Shown here: piece after piece, positions 48,051-60,334 of the stretch
How positions within the stretch are numbered: the stretch's first letter is position 1
How the letters are laid out: every line of letters begins with the position of its first letter
Source: an uncultured delta proteobacterium
GTDB lineage: Bacteria > Myxococcota > Myxococcia > Myxococcales > Myxococcaceae
Direction of reading: 5' to 3'
DNA: 64,000 nt
NCBI GenBank assembly: GCA_963731795.1
Contig: CAVSWU010000003.1
Location: 902,216 to 966,215 of the forward strand
Translations under genes and position numbers: made by a program
The notes under the pieces: model-generated
Databases searched by the model: none
What the model was told of the DNA's origin: nothing
What the model saw: only the letters and a program-made list of their open reading frames with translations

Positions 48051-49139
48051 ATGACCACCGGTATTCCTCCGCATGCAGGACCTGGCAGCGTCGCTCACCC
48101 GGCGATAACAGCGCCCACGATCGATGCTGTCCTCTTCCAGGGTCAGTTCCTGATGCAAGGCCAGCAGGGCTCCGCCGTGGCCGAGGTGCAGAGACTGCTC
48201 GGGATCCCCGCCGACGGAGCGTTCGGCCCCGGGACTCGGGCCGCGGTCGAGGCCTTCCAGCGGTCCGTGCAGATTGCTCCCGGCTCGGAGGCGCTGGGCA
48301 TGGTCGGGAAGACGACGCTCCAAACGCTGATGAGCGTCAAGCGCCAGTGGCTCGCCGCTCCCTCTCTGGACGAGGTCCGCACAGGACACCGCCTGCTCTG
48401 GCAGGGTCAGGCCGGGCCCGCGGTCAAGGAGCTGCAGCGCCTGCTCGGGCTCGCCCCTGTCCTGCAGGACGGAGGCTTCGGGCCGACGACCTACGCCGCG
48501 GTCCTGGATTTCCAGTTCCTGTCCGGCATCCCCATCCCACCAGGACTGGAGGGAGTGGTCTGGCACGAACTCCTCGAGGCACTGCTGCGCAGACAAGGCC
48601 AGGCGGGGGCGAGCGGCCTGACGCTGCAACAGCTCCGCGCGATCATGCCCAAGCTCCCCGAGGCCCACGCCGCGTACTACCTGCCCCTGCTCAATGCCGC
48701 CATGAACGAGGCGGCCATCACCACTCCCAGGCGCCAGGCGGCCTTCCTCGCGCAGCTCGCGCACGAGAGCGGAGAGCTGCGCTACTGGGAGGAGCTCAGT
48801 GACGGCAGCGCCTACGAGGGCCGCCGGGATCTCGGCAATGTCCACCCGGGAGATGGGCCTCGCTACAAGGGGCGCGGCCCCATCCAGCTCACCGGGCGCA
48901 ACAACTATCGCGCGGCGGGGCAGGCGCTCGGCGTCGACCTGGAGAACCATCCCGAGCTCGCCAAGGATCCGGCCATCGGCTTCCGCGTCGCCACCTGGTT
49001 CTGGGCGACGCGCGGGCTGAATGCGCTGGCGGACGCCGGCGACTTCCGGGAGATCACCCGCCGCATCAACGGGGGCTACAACGGCCTCGAGCAGCGCGAG
49101 GCGTACTACGCTCGGGCGCTGCAAGCCTTGCAGGCCTGA
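48051..49139 (+). CDS. Peptidoglycan-binding GH19 (chitinase/lysozyme-like) hydrolase
   Basis: Two PG_binding_1-like repeats (AVAEVQRLLGIPADGAFGPGT, AVKELQRLLGL...DGGFGPTT). The GH19 motifs AAFLAQLAHESGELRYWEE and GRGPIQLTGRNNY are present. Confidence 0.8.
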   Translation: MTTGIPPHAGPGSVAHPAITAPTIDAVLFQGQFLMQGQQGSAVAEVQRLLGIPADGAFGPGTRAAVEAFQRSVQIAPGSEALGMVGKTTLQTLMSVKRQWLAAPSLDEVRTGHRLLWQGQAGPAVKELQRLLGLAPVLQDGGFGPTTYAAVLDFQFLSGIPIPPGLEGVVWHELLEALLRRQGQAGASGLTLQQLRAIMPKLPEAHAAYYLPLLNAAMNEAAITTPRRQAAFLAQLAHESGELRYWEELSDGSAYEGRRDLGNVHPGDGPRYKGRGPIQLTGRNNYRAAGQALGVDLENHPELAKDPAIGFRVATWFWATRGLNALADAGDFREITRRINGGYNGLEQREAYYARALQALQA

Positions 49140-49154
49140 GCGCCACCCGGGCGC

Positions 49155-49818
<664 letters not shown>

Positions 49819-50159
49819 CGGGGCAGCAGCGCTCGAGGGGTTGTCCAGGTGCAGCTGGCGCCGCAGCTCCAGCAGATCACCGTACCGCTTCAGCTCCTCG
49901 GCGAGCTCGCGGCGTCCCTTGAGGTAGTGCACCAGGCTATAGCTCACCAGCCCCAGCACCAGCACGGTAACCCCGAAGGCCAGGTAGCGGCACCTTCGCC
50001 GAGTCCCAGAACAGCTTGGCCGCCGCGCCCGCGAGGATGAGGGCGATGACGAAGGACGACGCCCGCGTGGGCGAAGTGCAGGATGCTCTGGCGGGTGGAC
50101 AGGCTCTCCTGAAGGCGCTCGAGCTGCGAGCGCAGATCCTCTTGGGTTTGGGCGTTCAC
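49819..50159 (-). CDS. Small coiled-coil / two-TM membrane segment (frameshifted). It may be a separate gene or an N-terminal extension of tmk
   Basis: [57 protein letters not shown] is pieced from three frames. No stop separates it from the tmk frame. Confidence 0.3.
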
Positions 50160-50223
50160 GGGGTCGGGGACATAGCGCAGCCACGGCCCGCCGTCGAGCC
50201 GTCACCGCACCCCCGCTCCCACC

Positions 50224-51560
<1,337 letters not shown>

Positions 51561-51564
<4 letters not shown>

Positions 51565-52137
51565 GCGTCGGCCGCCACGACGCGCGTGCCGCAGACCGTG
51601 CAGATCTTGTTCGGCCGGGTGGGCGTGCGGCACTTCTGGCAGGGCAGCCACGTCAGACTCCTCCGGCGGCCACGCCGCCCTTCGCCGTGGCAGCCGGCCG
51701 CGGTGGGACGCACCCGCGACAGGCGCATGCCGCAGCGTCGCACACCATGCCCTCGGCCTGGACGTTGCGGCAGTACCGGCAGACGACCGCGCCCGTGGGC
51801 ACCGCCGTGCGCACTCCGTCATCCGCGGCGCGGCCCGTGTCCAGCTCGGGCACGGCCTCGACGCTGACCTTGTCGATCGGCGCCATGCGCGTGGTCTCCA
51901 TGTCCGGCACCGCTGAGGCGGCAGGTCCGGGCCGGCTTGCTGCCGGGTCTGGTCCAGCTCGGGCAAAATCGGAGCCTCCACCGCCACGCGACCGCCAACG
52001 TGGTGGGTCTGCTCCAGCTCAGGCAGGGTTGGCACGGCCACAGCGGCGGCGACTTTGGGCACCTGGAGCTTCTTGCCGCAGTTGTCGCACTCGTCCCCTT
52101 GGGCCTGCTGGTGTTCACACACCGGGCAGATGATCAT
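51561..52137 (-). CDS. Triple zinc-ribbon (CxxC x6) protein, translationally coupled to thrC, with two apparent frameshifts
   Basis: MIICPVCEH..CDNCGKK; VVCRYCRN..MVCDAAAC; LPCQKCRT..CTVCGTRV. The CxxC pairs are separated by PELE/PELD motifs. The TGA stop overlaps the thrC ATG. Confidence 0.5.
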
Positions 52138-52187
52138 GGGGGCGAACGTTAACGGGCCGGGGTGCCCGGGAGCAACGCACACCCACT

Positions 52188-52826
52188 TCACCCCAGGTGC
52201 CGAGCCTCGCCCGTCATGGGGACGAAGCGCACGGCGAGCAGGTGCTCGACCCGGGGCACCCCGCCGGCCCGGAGCGCGAGTAATGCGCAGCAGCTCCTGG
52301 TTGCCCTCGCTGGGGCCCCACCGGCATCACCATCCGCCCGCCGGGCTTGAGCTGTCCCAGAACTTTGGGAGGGACGGACTCGGGGGCCGCCGTGCCGATG
52401 ACCGCGTCGAACGGCGCCTCCTCCGGCCAGCCCAGCGAGCCGTCTCCCAGGCGCAGGTGGACATTCTCGAAGCCCAAGCGCCCCAGCAGCACCTCCGCCG
52501 AGCGGGCAAGCGAGGGGACGATCTCCACGGAGTACACTTCCCGACACAGCTGGGCGAGGATGGCCGTCTGGTAGCCGGAGCCGGTGCCGATCTCCAGCAC
52601 CCGCTCGTGCCCCTGGAGCTCCAGGGCCTCGGACATGAGCGCGACGATGTAGGGCTGGCTGATGGTCTGCCCGTGGCCGATGGGCAGTGGGCGAGTCCTG
52701 GGTGGCGGCATGGCGAGCACTCTCGGGGATGAAGTCCGCGCGGTTCAGGCGCGCGATCGCATCGAGCACCCGCCGATCACGGATGCCCTGCCGCTCCAGG
52801 AAGTCCGCCAGCTCACGATCGCCCAT
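52188..52826 (-). CDS. pcm: Protein-L-isoaspartate O-methyltransferase, with two apparent frameshifts
   Basis: [15 protein letters not shown] and [16 protein letters not shown] (AdoMet motif I) are present. Confidence 0.75.
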   Translation of the reverse strand: MGDRELADFLERQGIRDRRVLDAIARLNRADFIPESARHAATQDSPTAHRPRADHQPALHRRAHVRGPGAPGARAGAGDRHRLRLPDGHPRPAVSGSVLRGDRPLACPLGGGAAGALGLRECPPAPGRRLAGLAGGGAVRRGHRHGGPRVRPSQSSGTAQARRADGDAGGAPARATRSCCALLALRAGGVPRVEHLLAVRFVPMTGEARHLG

Positions 52827-52887
52827 GGCGCTTCCCCCTTCTGCTCAAGGTTACACATCGCCACGGCACCTCAAGGCCCGCCGCATC

Positions 52888-55559
52888 TACCCCACCCGAG
52901 CCAGCGCCAGGCGGCCTTCCCACCGCTCCTCCAGCGCCTTCACCAGCCCCTGATGCTCTGGCGCCCGCAGGCTGCGGATCCTTCTCGAGGATGCGCCGGG
53001 CCTCGACCTGGGCGAGCGAGAGCAGATCTCCATCCCGCGCGAGGTTGGCGACGGCGAGCTCGGGCAGGCCGCTCTGCCGCGTGCCGAGGAACTCGCCGGG
53101 CCCGCGGATCTCCAGATCCTTCTCGGCGATGACGAAGCCGTCGCTGCTGTGCTCCATGACCGCGAGCCGCTCGGTGGACTCCCAGGAGCGGGCGGGGCTG
53201 GCCACGAGGTAGCAGTGGCTGATGGCCGCGCCGCGCCCCACCCGGCCGCGGAGCTGGTGGAGCTGCGAGAGGCCGAAGCGCTCGGCGTACTCGATGACCA
53301 TGACGGAGGCGTTGGGCACGTCCACGCCCACCTCCACCACGGTGGTGCACACGAGGACGTGGATGCTGCCGCTCGCGGAACGCCTCCATGACGGCGTCCT
53401 TCTCCTCGGGCTTCATGCGCCCGTGGAGCAGCCCCACGCGGGCCTGCGGGAACACCTGCTGGAGCTTCTCCGCGCCGCGCGTGGCGTCCTCGAGGTCCAG
53501 CTTCTCGGACTCCTCGACCAGCGGATAGACGACGTAGGCCTGGTGGCCCTTGGCGATCTCGGTGGCCACGGACTCGTAGACGCGGGCGCGATGCTGCTCG
53601 CTGAAGACGCGGGTGGTCACGGGCGTGCGGCCCGGGGGCAGCTCGTCGATGATGGAGACGTCCAGGTCGCCATAGAGCGTCATCGCCAGCGTGCGCGGAA
53701 TGGGCGTGGCGGTCATCACCAGCACGTCCGGCTTGAGGCCCTTGCTCATGAGCGTGTGGCGCTGGAGCACGCCGAAGCGGTGCTGCTCGTCGATGACGGC
53801 GAGCCCCAGCCGCTCGAAGGCGACATCCCCCTGGATGAGCGCGTGGGTGCCCACGGCGAGGCGGATCTCGCCCCGCGCCACGGCCTCGCGCACCTCGCGC
53901 TTCTGCTTCGCGGTGCCAGCGGCGCTGATCAGCCCCACGCGGTAGCCGAGCGGCTCCAGCAGGCGGCGGAAGTTGCGATCGTGCTGCTCGGCGAGGATCT
54001 CGGTGGGGGCCATCACGGCCACCTGGTAGCCGTCCTCCAGCGCGAGCAGCGCGGCGACGAGCGCCACGGCCGTCTTGCCGGAGCCCACGTCGCCCTGGAC
54101 GAGCCGGTTCATGGGCTCGGGGCGGGCCATGTCGAGGGAGAGCTCCTCGATGACGCGGCGCTGGGCGCCGGTGAGCTGGAACGGGAGCGCGCCGCGAGCC
54201 CGCTCCAGGCGCTCCGGGGAGACATTGAAGGCAATGCCCTTCTCCGCCTTCACGCCCTGGCGCTTGAGGCCCACGCCGAGCTGAAGGAAGAACAGCTCAT
54301 CGAACGCGAGCCGCCGGTGGGCGGGGCTGAGGTGGGCATCGAGCTGTCCCAGGTCCGAGTCTTCCGGAGGGAAGTGGATGCTGCGCAGAGCCTCGGGGAG
54401 CGTCATCAGCTTGAGCCGCTTGCGCAGGGACTCGGGCAGGGGCTCCTCGAGGTGGCGGGCGTAGGACTCGCTGACGCGGGCGGCGATCTCGCGGAAGGAG
54501 CGCTGATCACCGCGCTCGAAGCCCGGGTAGATGGGGACGATGCGGTTGAAGTGGACGGAGGAGGACTCGATGTCCTCGGCGGGCTCGATCTCCGGGTGGG
54601 CCATCTCCCGGCCCGTCATCGAGGCGCGGATCTCGCCCGAGAGCACGAGCCGCTTGCCCACGGTGAAGCGAGCCTTGAGCCACGGCCCGGCGTGGAAGTA
54701 GGTCGCGGCGATGCTGCCGGAGCGATCGGCGATGACCGCCTTGAAGTAGCGCTTGCCATTGCGGCCGGAGGTGTAGTCGGCGTGCTTGACGACGCCCACG
54801 GTGACGCCGCGCTCGCCCGGATCCAGCTCGGCGATGGTCTTCAGCTTGCGCCGGTCCTCGTAGCAGCGAGGCAGGAGGAACAGGATGTCCCCCACGCGGC
54901 GCAGGCCCTTCTTGTCGAGCGCGCTCCAGCAGCCGCGGCCCGAGCCGCTTGCCCAAAGTCTTGAGCGGAGTGGACAGCGGCCCCGAGCGGGGCGCGATGG
55001 AGAGGAGCTTCGCCTCGGCGCGAGACTCCTCGGCCCCGGTGGCGCGCTTGCGCTTCTTCGGAGCGGCCTTCTTCTCCGCCGCGGGAGGCGTGCGCGGAGG
55101 AGCAGGGCGGGCCGCCGACGGGGGCGTCAGCACCAGCGGAGCCGCGGGCTTCGGCACCGGCTCGGCGGACTTCCAAGGAGGGACCCCGGCACCCACCGCC
55201 GGAGCTGAAGGCGCCGCGCCCATCCCCGCCTCCGGCTCTGCTCGCCCCGCCTCCTCCTGGGCGGAGCCGCCTGCCTCGCCCCGAATCACCTGCTCCAGCT
55301 CGGCGGGCAGCGCCACCCCGCTCATCTTCAGCGCGGCCACGACGCGCCGCAGCGCGGCCTTGCGCCGGTCCAGCATGGGGTGGTCCACATGAGGCAGCGC
55401 GGCGCGCAGGAGCGACAGCGCGCGAGGCTCCACGCCCGAGGCCCCGGCCAGGGTGCGCTCGATGACGCCGCGCAGATCCCTCACGGTGGAGAGCTGGGCG
55501 AAGTCCCGCTGGCACGCATAGCGCAGCGGTCCAACGAGGCTGGCGAGGGGGTGGCTCAC
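52888..55559 (-). CDS. recG: ATP-dependent DNA helicase RecG with a long low-complexity N-terminal extension, with three or more apparent frameshifts
   Basis: Helicase motifs [16 protein letters not shown] and [10 protein letters not shown]. The C-terminus ...[23 protein letters not shown] matches the RecG tail in an alternate frame. Confidence 0.8.
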
Positions 55560-55670
55560 AGGCGGGTCCGAACGCTCATCCTAAGAAGCCGGAATGACGT
55601 CCCACACCAAATGAAAGCGGGGGAGCGAGCAGAGGCCCACTCCCCCGGCGGCGGCATGCACGGCGAGACG

Positions 55671-56180
55671 TCAAGGAGTGGACGAAGACTCCTCGTCCGG
55701 AGGGTCCTCGAAGCGGACCTGCTCGATCTCGTACTCGCGCTCGCCGCCCGGGCTGCGAACGGTGGCGACGTCCCCCACCTTCTTGCCGATGAGCGCTCGG
55801 GCCACCGGCGAGGTGATGGCGAGCCAGCGCTTCTTGATGTCGGCCTCCAGCTCTCCGACGATCCGGTAGGTGACGGCCTTGTCGGTCTCCGTGTCGCGCA
55901 GCTCCACGGTGGCGCCAAAGACGACGGCCTCCCCCTTGAGCTTGCTGGTGTCGATCACCTCGGCCCGAGCAATCCAGTCATTGATGTCCAGGATCCGGCC
56001 CTCGATGTGGGACTGCTTCTCCTTGGCCGCGTGATACTCGGCGTTCTCCTTCAAGTCACCGTGGGCGCGTGCGACCTCGATCTCCTTGGAGATCTTCGAT
56101 CGCTCCACGGTCTGGAGGTGCTTGAGCTCCTCCTTGAGCTTCCGGAGACCATAAGGAGTCATCGGGATGTTCCCGCTCAT
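55671..56180 (-). CDS. greA: Transcription elongation factor GreA
   Basis: MSGNIPMTPYGLRKLKEELKHLQ...GDLKENAEYHAAKE...; the full-length match is ~170 aa. Confidence 0.9.
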   Translation of the reverse strand: MSGNIPMTPYGLRKLKEELKHLQTVERSKISKEIEVARAHGDLKENAEYHAAKEKQSHIEGRILDINDWIARAEVIDTSKLKGEAVVFGATVELRDTETDKAVTYRIVGELEADIKKRWLAITSPVARALIGKKVGDVATVRSPGGEREYEIEQVRFEDPPDEESSSTP

Positions 56181-56369
56181 CGACACAGCTCCTTCCACGA
56201 CCCAATGAGTAAGTATCCGCCTGCCCGCCCCCTCACTGAGGGGTTCGAGGGCAGCCCACGAAGAAATTCTGAATGTAGGAGACGATCGGCATGCGGGCAA
56301 ACGAAAGCAGCCAGAGGCCGGACAGAGAAGGACTTGGGAGGCGGCCCGAGAACCCATTAGGCTACGTCG

Positions 56370-56897
56370 ATGCTCCTGGTCCGCGAGGTCCGAGCCCTGG
56401 CGGGGAACCTCTCCAACGAAGATTTCCGGCGGCAGATCGGGCCGTTCGTGCTGGTGCGGCGTCCTCCGGACCCAAAGCTGGCCCGGGTGGCGATGCGGCT
56501 GGGGGTGCAGCGCACGCGGCTGTCGCGCTCGTCCGCCGATTCCAAGCTCCTGATGGCGGAGTTGCTGCAGCAGTTCGATGACCTGGGGATGGCCACCTTG
56601 CCCCCGATCCACGACAGCGAGGAGCTGCAGATCGGCCGGCTACCGGACAACGAGCTGGTGATCGACGATCCGTCAGTCTCCAAGCGCCACGCGGTGCTGC
56701 GGTGGGACAGCGTGGCGCGGCGGTGCATGGTGACGGACCTGGGCTCGCGCAACGGGACGCTTCTCAACGCCGAGTACGTCCGGGACGCGAACACGCTGGT
56801 GTCGGACGGGGACATGCTGTGCTTCGGGGACGCGGAGTTCTGCTTCCTGGAGACGCACAGCCTGCTGTCGATGCTCCGAGTGGCGGGAAACTACTGA
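56370..56897 (+). CDS. FHA-domain protein
   Basis: The C-terminal FHA reads IGRLPDNELVIDDPSVSKRHAVLRW...VTDLGSRNGTLLN. Confidence 0.8.
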   Translation: MLLVREVRALAGNLSNEDFRRQIGPFVLVRRPPDPKLARVAMRLGVQRTRLSRSSADSKLLMAELLQQFDDLGMATLPPIHDSEELQIGRLPDNELVIDDPSVSKRHAVLRWDSVARRCMVTDLGSRNGTLLNAEYVRDANTLVSDGDMLCFGDAEFCFLETHSLLSMLRVAGNY

Positions 56898-56936
56898 GGC
56901 GAGCCCCTTGGACGCAGGCAGTGGTAGGAGAATGGA

Positions 56937-57632
56937 TCAAAACCGCCCCGACAGGCCTCCGAGAATGCCTCCCCCGGGAGTAGCCCCCACCGTGGGCACC
57001 ACCTGGGGGCTGGCGTGGGCAGAGGCCGAGAGCGGACCGTTCTGGACCAGGGCGTTGGAGATCTCGTAGCCCACGATGGCGCCGAGGAGCGGACCCACGA
57101 TGAGGCCCGTAATCATCGGCCCCGTCCCCGTGGAACTGAAACCGTAGATGAGGCCCGCCCCCGTGCCCACGAGCGTGCCGGCGAGCGCGGGAAGGAACTC
57201 GCCTCTCCCGCCCAGGCTCTGAGCAGCCATCTGCACCCCCAGCGGGATGCCCACGAACGCGGCGGGAACGGTGACAAGGAGGACGGTCGCGGCGCACAGG
57301 CCGCCATGGTCGGCGGAGCAATTCACGTTTTCGAGCGCGGAGGCCCCCAGGAGCAGGCCCACGATGCCCATGCCCACGCCCCCCAGCACACCTCCGAACG
57401 CCTCCGCCAGGACGCGCGGCACGACGAGATCCGGAGGAGCCTCGCTCTGGGGCTTGTAGTGGTAGGGGATGAGCTCACCACGAGGAGCAGCCGACTCGGG
57501 AGGGGGCGGCTCCGACACAGCGGGCACCTGATCAGAGCCCGGGTTGACCGGCGGCGCGTCCGAGGAGGCCTGGGCGAATCCAACGCTCGCTGTCAGCAGG
57601 GCGAGGCACAACACGATGCGGTGGTGGATCAC
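56937..57632 (-). CDS. Glycine-zipper-rich secreted/membrane protein
   Basis: A signal peptide is followed by multiple GxxxG-rich hydrophobic helices. Confidence 0.55.
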   Translation of the reverse strand: MIHHRIVLCLALLTASVGFAQASSDAPPVNPGSDQVPAVSEPPPPESAAPRGELIPYHYKPQSEAPPDLVVPRVLAEAFGGVLGGVGMGIVGLLLGASALENVNCSADHGGLCAATVLLVTVPAAFVGIPLGVQMAAQSLGGRGEFLPALAGTLVGTGAGLIYGFSSTGTGPMITGLIVGPLLGAIVGYEISNALVQNGPLSASAHASPQVVPTVGATPGGGILGGLSGRF

Positions 57633-57751
57633 CTCCCCAGCCTAGCTTCTTCTCCGTCACGAAGGGGACACGACGGCACGCCTCCCGGGCAATGCCGCCG
57701 CGCAGCTCACGCGCGTACATGCACGGCCCGAAACACCGAAGGAGGCACGGC

Positions 57752-58186
57752 ATGACGCTGGGACTCGGGGCGCGGGGACTGTGGCTGGTGCTGGGCGCGC
57801 TGCTTGGGGCTTGTGGCTCGATCAACAACGGCGGCGGTGGCGGTGGCGGCGATGGCATCGGCGGCGCTGGGGGCAGCGACGCTGGCACCGAGGCCGTCCT
57901 CACCATCGAGAACTTCACCTTCAACCCGAAAAACCTCCTGGTGAGCCCGGGCACGAGGGTACGGGTGGTGAACCGCGACTCGGCGCCCCACTCCGTGACG
58001 AGCGAGTCCATGGACGGAGTCCTCACCCCGGGCTCGGTGAACGGCGTGTCGTTCGACACGGGCCCGTTCACAGGCGAGCGTACCTTCATGGTGCCAGCGG
58101 GGGCCCCGCACGGGACGGTGGTGCCCTATTACTGCACCGTCCACTTGAGCGGCATGCGCAACAACGGGCACATCACCGTGCAGTGA
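57752..58186 (+). CDS. Cupredoxin (type-1 blue copper) lipoprotein
   Basis: Lipobox LLGACGS. A poly-Gly linker is present. The T1 Cu ligands are H (PHSV) and C-x2-H-x2-M (YYCTVHLSGM). Confidence 0.75.
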   Translation: MTLGLGARGLWLVLGALLGACGSINNGGGGGGGDGIGGAGGSDAGTEAVLTIENFTFNPKNLLVSPGTRVRVVNRDSAPHSVTSESMDGVLTPGSVNGVSFDTGPFTGERTFMVPAGAPHGTVVPYYCTVHLSGMRNNGHITVQ

Positions 58187-58216
58187 TGTCCCGCGCTCAA
58201 CTGGCCGCGGAGGCTC

Positions 58217-59368
58217 TCAGCTCGGGGTGAACGTGAGCACGCGCCGGAGGTTGGCGCGAATGCTGCTCTCAGGGACGAGCTGGAAGAGCCGGTCTCGTAC
58301 CCAGCACGCGACGGCGTTCTCCCACTGCCCGATCTGTCCCAGGCGCCGAGACTGGCTCACGAAACCGTTGGCGCGTGGCAGGCGGAGCGCCTCGTAGCGG
58401 GAGAGCGCCGCGGGCAGATCCTTCTCCGTGGCCAGGCACCGCGCGAGCACCACCGCGTCCTCCACCGCCTGTCCCCCACCCTGCCCCAGGTTCGGCGTCA
58501 TCGGGTGCGCCGCATCCCCGAGCAGCGCCACGCGCCTGCCCACCCACTTCTGGACCGGCGGCCGATCGTGGATGTCCGTCCGCACGATAGAGGAGGCCGG
58601 CGTGCTCTCGATCAGCGCTCGGATCGGCTCGTGCCAGCCGGAGAAGCGTGACAGCAGCTCGCCATGGGCGTCCGGAGCGTCGATGCCTCCCGCCCGCAGG
58701 TTGGCGGTGGCGAACCAGTAGGTGCGCCCCTGGCCGAGCGGAACAATGCCGAAGCGCAGGCCCTGCCCCCAGGTCTCGGAGGTGCTGGTCTCGTCCGCCA
58801 GACCGGGGGCCTCGCACACCCCGCGCCAGCTCGTGTAGCCCGCGTACCGCGGCTCGCCGTCGTTCAGGAGCTGTGAGCGTACCGTGGAGCGCAGGCCATC
58901 GGCGCCCACCAGCAGCTCACCCCGAACCTCGGTGCTATCCGAGAGCCGAACGATCACGCCCTCTGGCTCCTCTCGGAAGCCCACCACCTTGACGCCGAGC
59001 TTGAGGGGCTCGGGCCCCAGCGCCTCCTGGAGCACCTCCTGGAGCCGGGCCCGATGGATGGCGATCATCGGCGCGCCGAGCTCCTGGGCCATCTCGCTCA
59101 CCAGCATCGTCCCGAGCGAGCGCCCCCGGGAGTCCAGGATGGAGCCGCGCTGCATGGCATGGCCCGCCGCGGCGACGGCCGTGTCGAGCCCGATCGTCCG
59201 AAACGCCAGGATCGCGTTGGTCTGCATCGTGATGCCGGCGCCGACGGGGCGAAGCGAGGGGGCCCGCTCGAAGATCCGGACGGAGAACCCCGCCCGGCGC
59301 AGCGCCACCCCGAGGGTGAGGCCCCCGATGCCGCCACCCGCGATGACGACTGTCCGGTTCGTATCCAT
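58217..59368 (-). CDS. FAD-dependent aromatic-ring monooxygenase/hydroxylase
   Basis: VVIAGGGIGGLTLGVAL (GxGxxG), the DG motif GADGLRS and LLGDAAHPMTPNLGQG are present. Confidence 0.8.
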   Translation of the reverse strand: MDTNRTVVIAGGGIGGLTLGVALRRAGFSVRIFERAPSLRPVGAGITMQTNAILAFRTIGLDTAVAAAGHAMQRGSILDSRGRSLGTMLVSEMAQELGAPMIAIHRARLQEVLQEALGPEPLKLGVKVVGFREEPEGVIVRLSDSTEVRGELLVGADGLRSTVRSQLLNDGEPRYAGYTSWRGVCEAPGLADETSTSETWGQGLRFGIVPLGQGRTYWFATANLRAGGIDAPDAHGELLSRFSGWHEPIRALIESTPASSIVRTDIHDRPPVQKWVGRRVALLGDAAHPMTPNLGQGGGQAVEDAVVLARCLATEKDLPAALSRYEALRLPRANGFVSQSRRLGQIGQWENAVACWVRDRLFQLVPESSIRANLRRVLTFTPS

Positions 59369-59445
59369 TCCCCGAGGTGTAGACTCAGTGCCCCCGCATG
59401 CACAACTTCGCATTCTCGACTCTGAATCGGCGGGGCCCACGGACA

Positions 59446-60290
59446 TGAAGCTTTATGCCATCAGCGATCTTCACGTCGGAGCCTCCGAGAATCGGGAGGC
59501 CCTGGAGGCGCTGTCTCCCCACCCGGAGGACTGGCTGATCATCGCCGGGGACGTGGGGGAGACGCGCGAGGATCTCGACTTCACGCTTCGCACGCTCACC
59601 CCGCGCTTCCGCCAGCTCATCTGGGTCCCGGGCAACCACGAGCTGTGGACGCTCCCTCGCTCTCCCCTCCGAGGAGAGGCCAAGTACCGGCAGCTCGTCT
59701 CCGTCTGCGAGTCGTACGGGGTCCTCACGCCGGAAGATCCCTATCCCCGCTGGCCGGGCGAAGGGCCCCCCCGGATCATCGCTCCGCTCTTCCTGCTCTA
59801 TGACTACTCGTTCCGGCCGGATGACGTCCGCGAAGAGGACGCGGTGCAGTGGGCCATGGACTCCGGCGTGCTGTGCACGGACGAGGCACTGCTCTTCCCC
59901 GATCCGTATTCCTCGCGCTCCGCGTGGTGCGCCGCGCGCTGCGAGCAGACCCGCAAGCGCCTGGAGGCCATCCCCGCGGAGTGCTCGACCATCCTCGTGA
60001 ACCACTTCCCGCTGCGCCGGCACCACGCTCGCCTCCCGCGCATCCCCCGCTTCTCCATCTGGTGCGGCACGCGGAGGACCGAGGACTGGCACCAGCGCTT
60101 CCGCGCCGAGGTCGTCGTCACCGGCCACCTGCACATCCCCCTCACCTTCTGGGATGACGGGGTGCGCTTCGAGGAGGTGTCGCTCGGCTACCCGCGCCAG
60201 TGGCAGCACCGCCGCGGCATCGATCAGGCCCTCCGGCAGATCCTTCCAGCCACCACTCCACCCTCTCCCTCCCCGATCTTCCGGGGGTAG
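59446..60290 (+). CDS. Calcineurin-like metallophosphoesterase
   Basis: MKLYAISDLHVG, IAGDVGE, GNHE and GHLH are present. Confidence 0.75.
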
Positions 60291-60334
60291 GGACTCCCTC
60301 ATCTGGTGGGAGCACCATTGTCGATGAGGGCTCG

